Source: Methanocaldococcus sp. 16A (GTDB lineage: Archaea; AGJL01; Methanococci; Methanococcales; Methanocaldococcaceae). From it: DNA of 64,000 bases. Made by a program: the position numbers and the translations under genes. Of this stretch, positions 32,973-43,677 are shown in pieces. Location of the stretch: NCBI GenBank assembly GCA_049860595.1, contig CP187551.1. One strand, 5' to 3'. The notes beneath the pieces were generated by a model. That model saw only the letters and a list, made by a program, of their open reading frames with translations, did not search any database and was not told the origin of the DNA. How positions within the stretch are numbered: position 1 is the stretch's first letter; every line of letters starts with the position of its first letter.

Positions 32973-35330
32973 ATGAGTCGGATGGTTATGTATATTGAAC
33001 ATCCACTAATAAAACCAAAAACTTTAGAGGCAAGGTTGTATCAGCAGATTATAGCGGCAAATGCTTTAAAGATAAAAACTTTATGTGTTTTATCAACAGG
33101 TTTAGGGAAGACTGCTATTGCAATTTTGGTTATTGCAGGTATATTAACAAAAAAAGATGGGAAGGTTTTATTTTTAGCTCCTACAAGACCATTAGTAGAG
33201 CAACATTATAATAGGTTAAAAGAAGTTTTGAATATTGATGAAGACAAAATAATTGCTCTAACTGGAAAAATTCCTCCAAACAAAAGGGCTGAGCTTTATA
33301 AAAAGGGCAAAATATTTATTGCTACACCACAAGTTATAGAAAATGATATCATAGCTGGAAGAATAAATGTAGATGAGTTTGTTTTGTTAATAGCCGATGA
33401 AGCACACCACACAGTTGGAAACCACGCCTATGCCTTTGTAGCAAAAAAATTTAAAGATAAATGCCATGTTTTAGGATTAACAGCATCTCCTGGCTCAGAT
33501 ATAGATAAAGTAATGGAAATTTGTGAAAACTTAGGAATTGAGCATATTGAAGTTAGAACTGAAGATGACGAAGATGTAAAGCCATACATTGCCAAGGTAA
33601 GGTTAATTCCTATTAGAGTTGATTTGCCAGCTGAATTTAAAAAAGCATTAAAGTTAATAAATGAAGCATTAAAGGAGAGATTGAAGATATTAAAAGATTT
33701 TGGAGTTATAAATTCTATTACTAATGTAACAAAAACAGAACTTATTGAGTTAAATTCTAAACTATTTTCTTATGATGAAGAGATTAGATATGAGCTTATA
33801 AGGGTTTGTTCGGAGGCTTTAAAGCTTATGCATGCCAAAGAGTTATTAGAGAGCCAAGGAAAGAATGTATTTTTAAGTTATATAAATAAACTATCCATGC
33901 AGAGAACAAAATCGGCTAAATCTATTGTTAATGATGAGAAAGTTAGGGAAGCAGTTTCTCTTTTAATGAAATCTAATGTTGAGCATCCAAAATTAAATAA
34001 AGTTGTTGATATGGTTAAAAATATTCTACAAAAAAATAAAGATGAAAGAATTATAATTTTTGCTCAATATAGAGATACTGTAGAGAAGATAGTTAATCTT
34101 TTAACTCAAAATGGGATTAAAGCAATAAGATTTATTGGTCAAGCAAATAAAGAAGGTAAAGGAATGACACAAAAACAACAAATAGAGGCAATAGAGAAAT
34201 TTAAAAGAGAAGGTAGTGTTTTAGTATCAACAAGCGTTTCTGAAGAAGGGATTGACATTCCAACAGTAAATTATATTATATTTTACGAGCCAGTGCCTTC
34301 AGAAATTAGGCTTATTCAGAGAAGAGGTAGAGCGATGAGAGGTAAAGGAGGGAAAGTTTATGTTTTAATAGCTAAGGGAACAGCTGATGAAGCATATTAC
34401 AGAAGTGCTTTGTATAAAGAGAGGGAGATGAAGAGATTATTAAAAAATATGTGCTATTTGATAAACAAAAGATTACAGAAAAAATTAGAAGAAAATGAAG
34501 AAAAATCTAAAGAGAAAATAGATATTGAAAATCTAACAAAGGAAAAAGATAAAATTGAAGAAAAAACTTCAATAGAAGAGAATAAAGAAGAAAATGAAAA
34601 AACTAAAAAGCCAGTAACGATATTGGACTTCATTAAACAGATAGAAACTAAAGAAAAATCAAAATTAGAAGAACGTAGAATAAACCAAGAACTAAAAATT
34701 ACAAAAAAGCCAATAAAAATTATTGTAGATGTTAGAGAAAAAAATATGGCTAAACTTTTACATAACTATGCTGATGTTGAGTTAAAAACCTTAGAAGTTG
34801 GAGATTATATTTTGAGTGATAGAGTAGTTGTTGAGAGAAAAACTGCTGATGACTTTGTAAATTCAATAATTGATAAGAGGTTATTTAACCAGTTAAAAAA
34901 TTTAAAAAAGGTAGAAAAGCCATTGTTAATAATTGAGGGAGAAAACTTTAGTAGATTGCATGAAAATGCTATTAAAGGAGCTATTTTGTCAATAATCTTT
35001 GACTTTGGTATTCCAATATTATTTACAAAAAATGCTGAAGAAACTGCTGATTTATTAATAAAGATTGCAGAGAAAGAGCAAATAAAAGAGAAAAGAGCTG
35101 TTATGGTAAGATATGGAAAAACCACTATGAGCTTAAAAGAACAGCAAAAATTCATCGTTGAGAGTTTGCCAGATGTTGGTGGAGCTTTAGCTGAGAGGTT
35201 GTTAAAGCACTTTAAAACCGTTGAAAATGTATTTACAGCAAAAGAAGAGGAATTAATGAAAGTTGAAGGTGTTGGAAAAGAGAGAGCTAAGAAGATTAGA
35301 GAAGTTTTAACAGCAAAATATGAGGGATAA
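32973..35330 (+). CDS. hef: Hef helicase-nuclease (FANCM/ERCC4)
   Basis: EARLYQ, TGLGKT, DEAH, TASPG, QRRGR helicase plus GDYIL...VERK XPF nuclease and HhH2. Confidence 0.93.
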   Translation: MSRMVMYIEHPLIKPKTLEARLYQQIIAANALKIKTLCVLSTGLGKTAIAILVIAGILTKKDGKVLFLAPTRPLVEQHYNRLKEVLNIDEDKIIALTGKIPPNKRAELYKKGKIFIATPQVIENDIIAGRINVDEFVLLIADEAHHTVGNHAYAFVAKKFKDKCHVLGLTASPGSDIDKVMEICENLGIEHIEVRTEDDEDVKPYIAKVRLIPIRVDLPAEFKKALKLINEALKERLKILKDFGVINSITNVTKTELIELNSKLFSYDEEIRYELIRVCSEALKLMHAKELLESQGKNVFLSYINKLSMQRTKSAKSIVNDEKVREAVSLLMKSNVEHPKLNKVVDMVKNILQKNKDERIIIFAQYRDTVEKIVNLLTQNGIKAIRFIGQANKEGKGMTQKQQIEAIEKFKREGSVLVSTSVSEEGIDIPTVNYIIFYEPVPSEIRLIQRRGRAMRGKGGKVYVLIAKGTADEAYYRSALYKEREMKRLLKNMCYLINKRLQKKLEENEEKSKEKIDIENLTKEKDKIEEKTSIEENKEENEKTKKPVTILDFIKQIETKEKSKLEERRINQELKITKKPIKIIVDVREKNMAKLLHNYADVELKTLEVGDYILSDRVVVERKTADDFVNSIIDKRLFNQLKNLKKVEKPLLIIEGENFSRLHENAIKGAILSIIFDFGIPILFTKNAEETADLLIKIAEKEQIKEKRAVMVRYGKTTMSLKEQQKFIVESLPDVGGALAERLLKHFKTVENVFTAKEEELMKVEGVGKERAKKIREVLTAKYEG

Positions 35331-35331
35331 A

Positions 35332-36432
35332 ATGAAACTCTCAATAATTTTAGGGACGAGACCAGAGATTATAAAACTCTCACCAATCATTAGAGAATTG
35401 GAAAATAAAGATTTAGATTGGCACATTATTCATACCAATCAACATTATTCCGAAAATATGGATAAAATATTTTTTGAGGAGCTAAATTTACCAAAACCAA
35501 AATATAATTTAAATGTAGGCTCTGGAACACATGCTCAACAAACAGGAAAGATGTTAATAGGAATAGAAGATGTTCTTTTAAAAGAAAATCCTGATATTGT
35601 TATAGTTCAGGGGGATACAAATACTACACTGGCAGGGGCATTGGTAGCATCAAAATTAAAAATAAATATAGCTCATGTTGAAGCTGGATTAAGGAGTTTT
35701 GACAGAAACATGCCTGAAGAAATAAATAGAGTTTTAACTGACCATATTAGCGATTATCTTTTTGCCCCTACAGAAATAGCTAAAAATAATTTATTAAGAG
35801 AAGGTATTGAAGAGAATAAAATATTTGTTGTTGGAAATACTATTGTTGATGCCACCTTACAAAATTTAAAAATTGCTGAAAAAAATGAAAATGCTACAGC
35901 TTTTTTTAATAGTATTATTGATGATGATTATTTTCTTTTAACTTTACATAGGGCTGAAAATGTTGATAATAAAAAAAGGTTAAAAAATATCATAGATGGT
36001 ATATTTAAGATAGCTGAAATATATAATAAAGATATTATCTTTCCAATCCATCCGAGAACTAAGAAAAGACTTAAGGAGTTTAATTTATTTGATAAATTAA
36101 AAAGTAATAATAAAATAAAAATTATTGAGCCAGTTGGTTATTTGGAATTTTTAATGTTAGAGAAAAATGCTGATTTGATTTTAACGGATAGCGGTGGAGT
36201 TCAAGAAGAAGCTTGTATATTAAAAACTCCATGTATAACTTTGAGAGATAATACAGAAAGACCTGAAACCGTGGAAGTTGGCGCTAATATATTAGTTGGA
36301 GATAATAAAGAAAAGCTAATTAAAGCAGTAGAAATAATGCTTAATAAAGAGAGAAATTGGGAAAATCCGTTTGGAGATGGGAATAGTGGAAAGAGAATTA
36401 TTAAAATTCTTATGAAAAGTATTAAAAGATAA
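35332..36432 (+). CDS. wecB: UDP-N-acetylglucosamine 2-epimerase (non-hydrolysing)
   Basis: GTRPEIIK, VQGDT, HVEAGLRS, PEEINR, TDSGGVQEEA, TERPE, NPFGDG. Confidence 0.95.
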   Translation: MKLSIILGTRPEIIKLSPIIRELENKDLDWHIIHTNQHYSENMDKIFFEELNLPKPKYNLNVGSGTHAQQTGKMLIGIEDVLLKENPDIVIVQGDTNTTLAGALVASKLKINIAHVEAGLRSFDRNMPEEINRVLTDHISDYLFAPTEIAKNNLLREGIEENKIFVVGNTIVDATLQNLKIAEKNENATAFFNSIIDDDYFLLTLHRAENVDNKKRLKNIIDGIFKIAEIYNKDIIFPIHPRTKKRLKEFNLFDKLKSNNKIKIIEPVGYLEFLMLEKNADLILTDSGGVQEEACILKTPCITLRDNTERPETVEVGANILVGDNKEKLIKAVEIMLNKERNWENPFGDGNSGKRIIKILMKSIKR

Positions 36433-36491
36433 TCTTTAAATATAAGGATATAGTTAGTTAATGTCAATGCCACAACCATGAAGGTGATAAC

Positions 36492-36887
36492 ATGAGCAAA
36501 CTTTTATTAAAAACACCATGCACAACGTGGACATTTGATAGTTTAATGGCATGTGTTTTTGGTATAAAAGTTTCTGATGTTAAAGTGTATTTTGATATTT
36601 TAAAAAACGGACCATCAAAAATAAATGATATTGCTGAGAGAATTAACAGAGATAGAAGTACAGTTCAAAGGTCTGTCCAAAATTTAATGAATGCAGGTTT
36701 AGTTAAAAGAAAGCAGGTAAATATAAAAGATGGAGGATATTACTATATTTACGAGGCAATTCCATTTGAAGAAACAAAAAAGATAATAAAAGAGACAATG
36801 GAAGAGTGGTGCAACAGTATGAAAAAATGGGTTGATGAGCTGGAATTTGAAGATGTTGTTAAGGAATATTTAGAAAATATAGAATAA
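36492..36887 (+). CDS. winged-HTH transcriptional regulator (TrmB-like)
   Basis: DIAERINRDRSTVQRSVQNL HTH and GGYYYIY wing. Confidence 0.8.
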   Translation: MSKLLLKTPCTTWTFDSLMACVFGIKVSDVKVYFDILKNGPSKINDIAERINRDRSTVQRSVQNLMNAGLVKRKQVNIKDGGYYYIYEAIPFEETKKIIKETMEEWCNSMKKWVDELEFEDVVKEYLENIE

Positions 36888-36899
36888 TGGATGATTATT

Positions 36900-37853
36900 A
36901 TGAAATTGGTATTCTTAGGAACTGGAGCTGCAGTTCCATCAAAAAATAGGAATCATATTGGAATAGCATTTAAATTTGGTGGAGAGGTTTTTTTATTTGA
37001 TTGTGGTGAAAATATTCAAAGACAGATGCTTTTTACTGAAGTATCTCCAATGAAAATTAATCATATATTTATAACACATCTACATGGAGACCATATATTG
37101 GGTATTCCTGGACTTTTACAGAGTATGGGATTTTTTGGAAGAAATAAGGAAATTAATATATTTGGTCCTGAAGGAACAAAGGATATTATTGAGAGCTCAT
37201 TAAAGCTTGGAACTCATTATATAGAATTTCCAATAAAAGTTTATGAGATTTCTGCCAAAAAACCCATAAATATTTATCAGCAAGAAAATTATGAGATAAT
37301 TGCCTATCCTACTGAACATGGCATTCCTTCTTACGCTTATATATTTAAAGAAATTAAAAAACCTCGTTTAGATATTGAGAAAGCTAAAAAGCTTGGAGTT
37401 AAAATAGGGCCAGATTTAAAAAAACTAAAAAATGGAGAAGCAGTTAAAAATATCTATGGAGAAATTATAAAACCAGAAGATGTTTTATTACCTCCAAAAA
37501 AAGGATTTTGTTTAGCTTACAGTGGAGATACTCTCCCATTGGAAGATTTTGGAAAATATTTAAATGAATTAGGATGTGATGTATTAATTCACGAAGCAAC
37601 ATTTGATGATTCAGCCAAAGATATTGCCAAAGAGAATATGCATTCAACAATTGGAGATGCTGTAAATATAGCTAAATTGGCAAATGTTAAGGCGTTAATT
37701 TTAACTCATATTTCAGCAAGGTATGATAAGGAGGAATATTTCAACTTATATAAAATGAACGTTAAACAGTATAATGAGAGCTTTAAAATTATTATCAGCG
37801 AAGATTTAAAATCTTATGATATAAAAAAGGATATTTTAGAGGTGAAAAAATGA
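36900..37853 (+). CDS. rnz: ribonuclease Z
   Basis: LGTGAAVPS, FDCGE, THLHGDH, exosite GP motif, YSGDT, HEATF, HST, THISARY. Confidence 0.95.
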   Translation: MKLVFLGTGAAVPSKNRNHIGIAFKFGGEVFLFDCGENIQRQMLFTEVSPMKINHIFITHLHGDHILGIPGLLQSMGFFGRNKEINIFGPEGTKDIIESSLKLGTHYIEFPIKVYEISAKKPINIYQQENYEIIAYPTEHGIPSYAYIFKEIKKPRLDIEKAKKLGVKIGPDLKKLKNGEAVKNIYGEIIKPEDVLLPPKKGFCLAYSGDTLPLEDFGKYLNELGCDVLIHEATFDDSAKDIAKENMHSTIGDAVNIAKLANVKALILTHISARYDKEEYFNLYKMNVKQYNESFKIIISEDLKSYDIKKDILEVKK

Positions 37854-38521
37854 AAGTAGCTATATTGGGAGGTACTGGAGACCAAGGATTTGGTTTAGCT
37901 TTAAGATTGGCTAAAAACAATAAGATAATAATTGGTTCAAGGAAAAAAGAAAAAGCAGAAGAAGCAGCTAAAAGAGCTAAAGAGATATTAAAGCAGAGAG
38001 GTATTGAGGCTGATATCATTGGATTAGAGAACAAAGATGCAGCAAAAGAGGGAGATGTTGTTATTCTATCTTTACCTTATGAACACACTCTATCAACAAT
38101 AAAACAGTTGAAAGAAGAACTAAAGGGGAAGATAGTAGTCTCTATTGGCGTTCCTTTGGCAACAGCTATTGGAGATAAACCAACAAGATTATTGTTTCCA
38201 CCAGATGGCTCTGTTGCTGAAATGGTTCAGAATGTATTAAAAGAAAGTAAAGTAGTTAGTGCATTTCAAAATGTTTGTCATGCTGTTTTAGAAGATTTAG
38301 ATAATCCTGTTGATTGCGATATCTTAGTTTGTGGAAATGATGAAGAAGCAAAAAAGGTAGTCATTGATTTAGCCAACCAAATTGATGGTGTTAGAGCAAT
38401 TGATTGTGGTAATTTAGAAAAATCAAGGATTATAGAGGCAATAACTCCATTACTAATTGGATTAAATATAAAATATAAGTCAAAAGGGACTGGAATTAGA
38501 ATAACTAATTTAGATATTTAA
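37850..38521 (+). CDS. fno: F420H2:NADP+ oxidoreductase
   Basis: GGTGDQGFGLALR, IGSR, GSVAE, VVSAFQNV, DILVCGND, IEAITPLLI. Confidence 0.92.
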   Translation: MKVAILGGTGDQGFGLALRLAKNNKIIIGSRKKEKAEEAAKRAKEILKQRGIEADIIGLENKDAAKEGDVVILSLPYEHTLSTIKQLKEELKGKIVVSIGVPLATAIGDKPTRLLFPPDGSVAEMVQNVLKESKVVSAFQNVCHAVLEDLDNPVDCDILVCGNDEEAKKVVIDLANQIDGVRAIDCGNLEKSRIIEAITPLLIGLNIKYKSKGTGIRITNLDI

Positions 38522-38528
38522 TAGGACT

Positions 38529-39572
38529 TTAACTTAATATCAGTTCTGTAAGTTTTTCTATTTTTTTAATTCCTATGTTAAAATCATTTAAATTTAAATA
38601 CTCTTCTTTAGAATGTGCAAGCTCTAATTTTCCTACACCATAAATAATAGTATCAGCGTTTAAAAATTTGTTGAAGTAATATGCTTCACAGGTGGCATTG
38701 AAAAATGATATTTCAAACTCTTTAGATAATTTATCTATTAGTTCTTTATTTTCAAGCATATAGAAATCTGCATAATGTCTTCCCGAATTTAATCCACTTT
38801 TTATATGCTTTGAATATTTTTTTTGAGATAAAAAGTTGTCTATCTTTTTTATTATATCCTTCTCAACACTCCTAACATCAAATAAGACATAAGCATAATC
38901 TGGGATAATATTGCTTTGAATTCCACCATTTATTATTGTTGGAGTTATTGAAGAACTGTAAATTTTATCAACTTTAATCTTTTTTAAAGGGAGATTTTTT
39001 AAATCTAAAATAACATAACTCAAAATTTCTATTGGATTTATGCAGTTAGATGATGAAGCATGCCTCGCTTTACCAAAACTTTCTACAATGTATTCAAACC
39101 TTCCTTTATGCCCAATACAAACTTTTAAATCAGTTGGCTCACCAACTATGCATTTAATATCTTTTTTAGTTTTATATTTATCCTTCAAATGTTGGCAAAA
39201 ATTATAAATACCATTTGATTCTTTTTCTTCATCAGGAGAGATAACTAATAATGATTTATCAGTGTTTAAAAAAGCATGAATCATTAAAACAACATTTCCC
39301 TTGGCATCTATAACTCCAGTTCCATAAAAGTTATTTTCATCTTTTTTAAAATTTGATTGAACTTTTACAGTGTCTATATGTGAATTTAATATCAAATCAA
39401 AGTTTTCTTTTTCTTTATAAGCTACAAAACATCCCTCAATGATAGTATTTTTTATTCCTAAGTCATTGAAAAGATTGGACAAATATTTAAATGCCTTTTT
39501 AACACCAATTCTATTGTCAGTTTTGATTTTTACTAAATCCTCTAAGATTGTTAAATAATCCATAATTATCAT
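38529..39572 (-). CDS. M20-family metallopeptidase/deacylase (ArgE/DapE-like)
   Basis: [33 protein letters not shown]. Confidence 0.85.
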   Translation of the reverse strand: MIIMDYLTILEDLVKIKTDNRIGVKKAFKYLSNLFNDLGIKNTIIEGCFVAYKEKENFDLILNSHIDTVKVQSNFKKDENNFYGTGVIDAKGNVVLMIHAFLNTDKSLLVISPDEEKESNGIYNFCQHLKDKYKTKKDIKCIVGEPTDLKVCIGHKGRFEYIVESFGKARHASSSNCINPIEILSYVILDLKNLPLKKIKVDKIYSSSITPTIINGGIQSNIIPDYAYVLFDVRSVEKDIIKKIDNFLSQKKYSKHIKSGLNSGRHYADFYMLENKELIDKLSKEFEISFFNATCEAYYFNKFLNADTIIYGVGKLELAHSKEEYLNLNDFNIGIKKIEKLTELILS

Positions 39573-39913
39573 CTCATAAATTCTACTTTTTCCCCAACAA
39601 GTTTATCTAAGCTGATATCTATACACTTAAATTCAAGCATTGCCGTTGAGTAATTTTTGCATTTGTATGTTTTCCATGGCTTTAATCTTACTGCTTCCAC
39701 TACTTTATTTTCATCAATAAAAAGTACATCAATGGGATAAAGCATAAAGAAAGTATGCATAGATATCTTTCTTCTTTTGTATAGGAATAGCATGGCTTCA
39801 TCTCCAATATCCCTAAGCATTAAACCAAAAGCTCTTTTGATAAAATTATCGGCTAATATTACTTCAAATTCTAACTCTCCAACTTTAACTTTTTTAATTT
39901 TTTTATTTTGCAT
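39569..39913 (-). CDS. DUF192 family protein
   Basis: [26 protein letters not shown]; true start likely ATG 39913 (GGAGAG RBS), overlapping the upstream stop. Confidence 0.8.
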   Translation of the reverse strand: MQNKKIKKVKVGELEFEVILADNFIKRAFGLMLRDIGDEAMLFLYKRRKISMHTFFMLYPIDVLFIDENKVVEAVRLKPWKTYKCKNYSTAMLEFKCIDISLDKLVGEKVEFMR

Positions 39914-40739
39914 TCTCTCCCTTATCTTTTTTACCATATGGAACAGGAATATAATAGACAGATGGCTTTGCTCCCATAGGTTGTGGATAAAGCTCCAATA
40001 ACTCATAAACCTTTCTTGGGACATTTGTATTAACTTCAATTCCAAGTTCTTTTAATTTATTAACTGTTAAAGGATAATCATGAGTCCATCTTCCCTCAGT
40101 AAGTTTTTTTGCAATATCTTTAGCTTTTTCATCTCCATATTTATCTTTCAACAACTCATAAACAAATTCTTCCATCTGTTTAATTGCTTTCTTTGATATA
40201 TCAACCAATATTAATGTCTCATCATCTACCTTATCCCCTTTCTTATAGTATGCTTCAAGAATCGAGGCAGCTGGATATTGCCCAATTTGAGGGTCTACTG
40301 GCCCCATTACAGCATTTTTATCCATAATTATTTCATCTGCAGCTAAAGCTATTAGAGAGCCACCACTCATAGCATAATGTGGAATTATAACTGTTGTTTT
40401 TGCTTTATGTTCTTTTAAAGCTAAGGCAATTTGCTCACTCGCTAAAGCTAAACCTCCAGGTGTATGGATGATTAAATCAATAGGCATATCTTCTGGTGTT
40501 AATCTTATAGCCCTCAAAATCTCTTCACTATCTTCAATAGTGATAAATTTGTATATTGGAATTCCTAAGAATGTTAAAGCTTCTTGTCTATGTATCATAG
40601 CTATAACTCTACTTTTTCTTTCTCTCTCTATTTCCCTTATACATCTCAACCTTCTCATTATCCTATATCTCATCATCATCTCTGGATAAATAAACAATAG
40701 GAATATGAATAAGAAGAAAAATATATCCATGGATGTCAT
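39903..40739 (-). CDS. SDH-family ClpP-fold serine protease with N-terminal membrane anchor
   Basis: [39 protein letters not shown]. Confidence 0.85.
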   Translation of the reverse strand: MTSMDIFFFLFIFLLFIYPEMMMRYRIMRRLRCIREIERERKSRVIAMIHRQEALTFLGIPIYKFITIEDSEEILRAIRLTPEDMPIDLIIHTPGGLALASEQIALALKEHKAKTTVIIPHYAMSGGSLIALAADEIIMDKNAVMGPVDPQIGQYPAASILEAYYKKGDKVDDETLILVDISKKAIKQMEEFVYELLKDKYGDEKAKDIAKKLTEGRWTHDYPLTVNKLKELGIEVNTNVPRKVYELLELYPQPMGAKPSVYYIPVPYGKKDKGENAK

Positions 40740-40873
40740 TCCATCCCCCTATATTTTTGGTATAGTCGATTATAAATGCCTAATAAAGTAAAGTATTAAT
40801 ATCACTTCATGGATATAAATATAGTTGCCTTATTATTATCATCAGTTATCATCATTTAAATTGGTGAGATATT

Positions 40874-41989
40874 ATGAGTAAAATTGGATTAAATCCAATA
40901 AAAATAAAATCTTTTTCAAAGATTAAAACTTATGATGATACATTACCATCATTGAAGTATGTTGTATTAGAGCCTGCGGGATTCCCAATTAGGGTTAGTA
41001 GCGAGAACGTTAAGGTTTCTACTGATGACCCTATATTATTTAACATCTATGCGAGAGACCAGTGGATTGGCGAGATTGTTAAAGAGGGAGATTACTTATT
41101 TGATAACTCAATCCTTCCAGATTACGCTTTCAAAGTTATCTCAACTTATCCAAAAGAGGGAGGAATGATTACAAGTGAAACAGTATTTAAACTTCAAACT
41201 CCTAAGAAAGTTCTTAGAACACAGTTTAAAAAAGCTAAGTTCAGCGAGATTATTGGGCAGGAAGAGGCAAAGAAAAAATGTAGAATTATTATGAAGTATT
41301 TAGAAAATCCAAAGCTCTTTGGAGAATGGGCTCCAAAGAATGTTTTATTCTATGGTCCTCCAGGAACTGGAAAGACATTAATGGCAAGAGCTTTAGCTAC
41401 AGAAACAAATTCATCATTCATATTAGTAAAAGCTCCAGAGCTTATTGGAGAACATGTAGGAGATGCCTCTAAAATGATTAGGGAGTTGTATCAAAGAGCT
41501 TCTGAAAGCGCTCCATGTATTGTGTTTATTGATGAGTTAGATGCAATAGGGCTTAGTAGAGAGTACCAATCATTAAGAGGAGATGTTTCTGAGGTTGTTA
41601 ATGCTTTATTAACAGAATTAGACGGAATTAAAGAAAATGAAGGAGTTGTAACTATAGCAGCAACAAACAACCCTGCAATGTTAGACCCAGCAATTAGAAG
41701 TAGATTTGAGGAAGAGATTGAGTTCAAATTACCAAATGATGAAGAAAGATTGAAAATTATGGAATTATATGCTAAAAAAATGCCTATTCCTGTTAAAGCT
41801 AACTTAAAAGAATTTGTTGAAAAAACCAAAGGATTTAGTGGTAGAGACATTAAGGAGAAATTCTTGAAACCAGCACTACATAGAGCGATATTAGAAGATA
41901 GAGATTATGTTAGTAAAGAAGATTTAGAATGGGCTTTAAAGAAGATTGTAAGTAATAGAAGAGATGCTCCACAGCATCTCTACCTTTAA
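40874..41989 (+). CDS. AAA+ ATPase (archaeal single-AAA, AMA/COG1223-like)
   Basis: GPPGTGKT, VFIDELD, AATN, LDPAIRSRF; N-terminal beta-clam-like region. Confidence 0.88.
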   Translation: MSKIGLNPIKIKSFSKIKTYDDTLPSLKYVVLEPAGFPIRVSSENVKVSTDDPILFNIYARDQWIGEIVKEGDYLFDNSILPDYAFKVISTYPKEGGMITSETVFKLQTPKKVLRTQFKKAKFSEIIGQEEAKKKCRIIMKYLENPKLFGEWAPKNVLFYGPPGTGKTLMARALATETNSSFILVKAPELIGEHVGDASKMIRELYQRASESAPCIVFIDELDAIGLSREYQSLRGDVSEVVNALLTELDGIKENEGVVTIAATNNPAMLDPAIRSRFEEEIEFKLPNDEERLKIMELYAKKMPIPVKANLKEFVEKTKGFSGRDIKEKFLKPALHRAILEDRDYVSKEDLEWALKKIVSNRRDAPQHLYL

Positions 41990-42669
41990 TCCATATAATC
42001 AAAGTAATTGTCATAATGAATAATTAAATAATCTCCTACAATCCACAACTCTTTTTTATGCTTTCTATATAAATTTATAAGCTTTTTTATAATTTCTTTG
42101 TTATCTCTTTTAAATATTTCATCCAATATTATAGTTAATGCCTCAATAACATTAGAATTATTAAAATCTAAATCTGCTTTTATCATTTCATCAATAACCT
42201 TTATTAATTCCTCATCATCAGCATTTTTGACAAACTGATTCCGTAAGAATGATTTAAATGTGTGAATATTCTTTTTTTCTAATGGAATTAGCTTTATTAA
42301 ACCAATGGCTTTATTTAATAAACTATCTATATCTAAAAACTCACCCCATAGGTAATGTTTAATAACTAAATTTTTTAAAATTTCTAAAATCTCATCTTTA
42401 CTTTTATTTTCTAATTGTTTGAAGATTTCTTCTGCATCTACATAGTTGTTGTTTTTGTATGCCTCAATTAAAGCATAAGCATGTTTGCAGTTATATTTGT
42501 ATTGGCATGAGCAAGAGCCAAAGTAATTGTTTAAATCAACTTTAACTCTATATACATCAGAGCCTATAACTTCTCCAAATAAAAAATTTTTATACTTTAT
42601 ACAGTATTTTACCAAATTGTTTTTATAATATAATTTCCCTCTTTCTATTATTTTTGGGTCATAATTCAT
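41986..42669 (-). CDS. SWIM zinc-finger protein
   Basis: ERGKLYY...VIGSDVYRV...CSC-x-CKH. Confidence 0.8.
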   Translation of the reverse strand: MNYDPKIIERGKLYYKNNLVKYCIKYKNFLFGEVIGSDVYRVKVDLNNYFGSCSCQYKYNCKHAYALIEAYKNNNYVDAEEIFKQLENKSKDEILEILKNLVIKHYLWGEFLDIDSLLNKAIGLIKLIPLEKKNIHTFKSFLRNQFVKNADDEELIKVIDEMIKADLDFNNSNVIEALTIILDEIFKRDNKEIIKKLINLYRKHKKELWIVGDYLIIHYDNYFDYMD

Positions 42670-42693
42670 TTTATCTCCTTAATTTTTTATTTT

Positions 42694-43167
42694 TCAATTT
42701 TTTTTTTGGAAATATTTTAAAAACACTGGAAGAATATAAAAAACACTAACAAATCCTGCAATAAAGCCAGTTATAAATCTCAACTCATTAAAGCTTTCTC
42801 TTAAACCTATTAATTGGGTAGTTCCATCAATTGCCATAGGGATTAGAGATATAATTAAATATTTTTTATGTGGGAGTTTAAAGTCATTTAATTTCTTTAT
42901 AAAAGGATATATTAACATCCCTATCAAAACTCCTGTATATATACCAAAACACCTTGCACAAACGGCCATTTTATATCCAAAAATAAAATAGCTTCTTTGT
43001 GGAAGTTGATGACATATTGGAGAATATACAGAATATAAGAAAATAGAAATTATCTTAAAAATTTGTGAATGCTCTCCTAAATATGCAGTATAGGGTGCTA
43101 AAAAAATTCCAATGTAAAAAATTAAAAATAGAAATAAAAAAATGAGATAAACGTTATATAACTTCAT
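42694..43167 (-). CDS. DUF2085 membrane protein
   Basis: CHQLPQRS, VCARCFGIY, DGTTQ, ESFNELRFITG. Confidence 0.8.
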   Translation of the reverse strand: MKLYNVYLIFLFLFLIFYIGIFLAPYTAYLGEHSQIFKIISIFLYSVYSPICHQLPQRSYFIFGYKMAVCARCFGIYTGVLIGMLIYPFIKKLNDFKLPHKKYLIISLIPMAIDGTTQLIGLRESFNELRFITGFIAGFVSVFYILPVFLKYFQKKN

Positions 43168-43193
43168 TTTCTTACCTTATGCGTAATATAACT

Positions 43194-43568
43194 TTATCTA
43201 TTCTTTATTACAACATATAATACTCCACCAATTGCCCCGATTATAGCTCCAACAATAATTCCAGCGATTAATCCAATAATCCAAAAGGTTCCAATAAAAA
43301 ATTTTTCCATCATAGCTGTTTTAAATAATAAAGTTGAGCTTAATACGATGTTTAATATAGTGGCTAATATTCCCCCTATAACACCACTAATTGCTCCAAC
43401 AAGACCACAACTTTCGTAATCCAACCTACCCCCTGCCTCAACATAAAGATGAGCCGCTATTGCTCCCCCAACAATATAACCCAAACAACAAATAACTCCT
43501 AATATTGTATTAATAATCCCCCCAATAATTGAAGGATTTAACATTTTTTCTTTATCAAATTCTACCAT
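43194..43568 (-). CDS. small Gly-rich membrane protein (DUF5518-like)
   Basis: Four hydrophobic GxxxG-rich helices. Confidence 0.6.
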   Translation of the reverse strand: MVEFDKEKMLNPSIIGGIINTILGVICCLGYIVGGAIAAHLYVEAGGRLDYESCGLVGAISGVIGGILATILNIVLSSTLLFKTAMMEKFFIGTFWIIGLIAGIIVGAIIGAIGGVLYVVIKNR

Positions 43569-43677
43569 TATTTACCCCCTCTCTTTAAAGTTTGGTAATA
43601 TTATGTTTATGTATTACCCTATATATATCTATATTATTTTCATAAATTTACTTTAAAATTTAAAAAAGAATAGTAAA

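Noticed and set aside
34805-35344. 179-aa antisense ORF and the many other 60-135-aa ORFs opposite known genes
   Set aside because: Ser/Phe/Ile-rich antisense shadows of AT-rich coding strands, with no RBS or motifs.
39914-40045. N-terminal extension of the DUF192 ORF
   Set aside because: It overlaps the SDH protease gene in another frame; the RBS supports ATG 39913.
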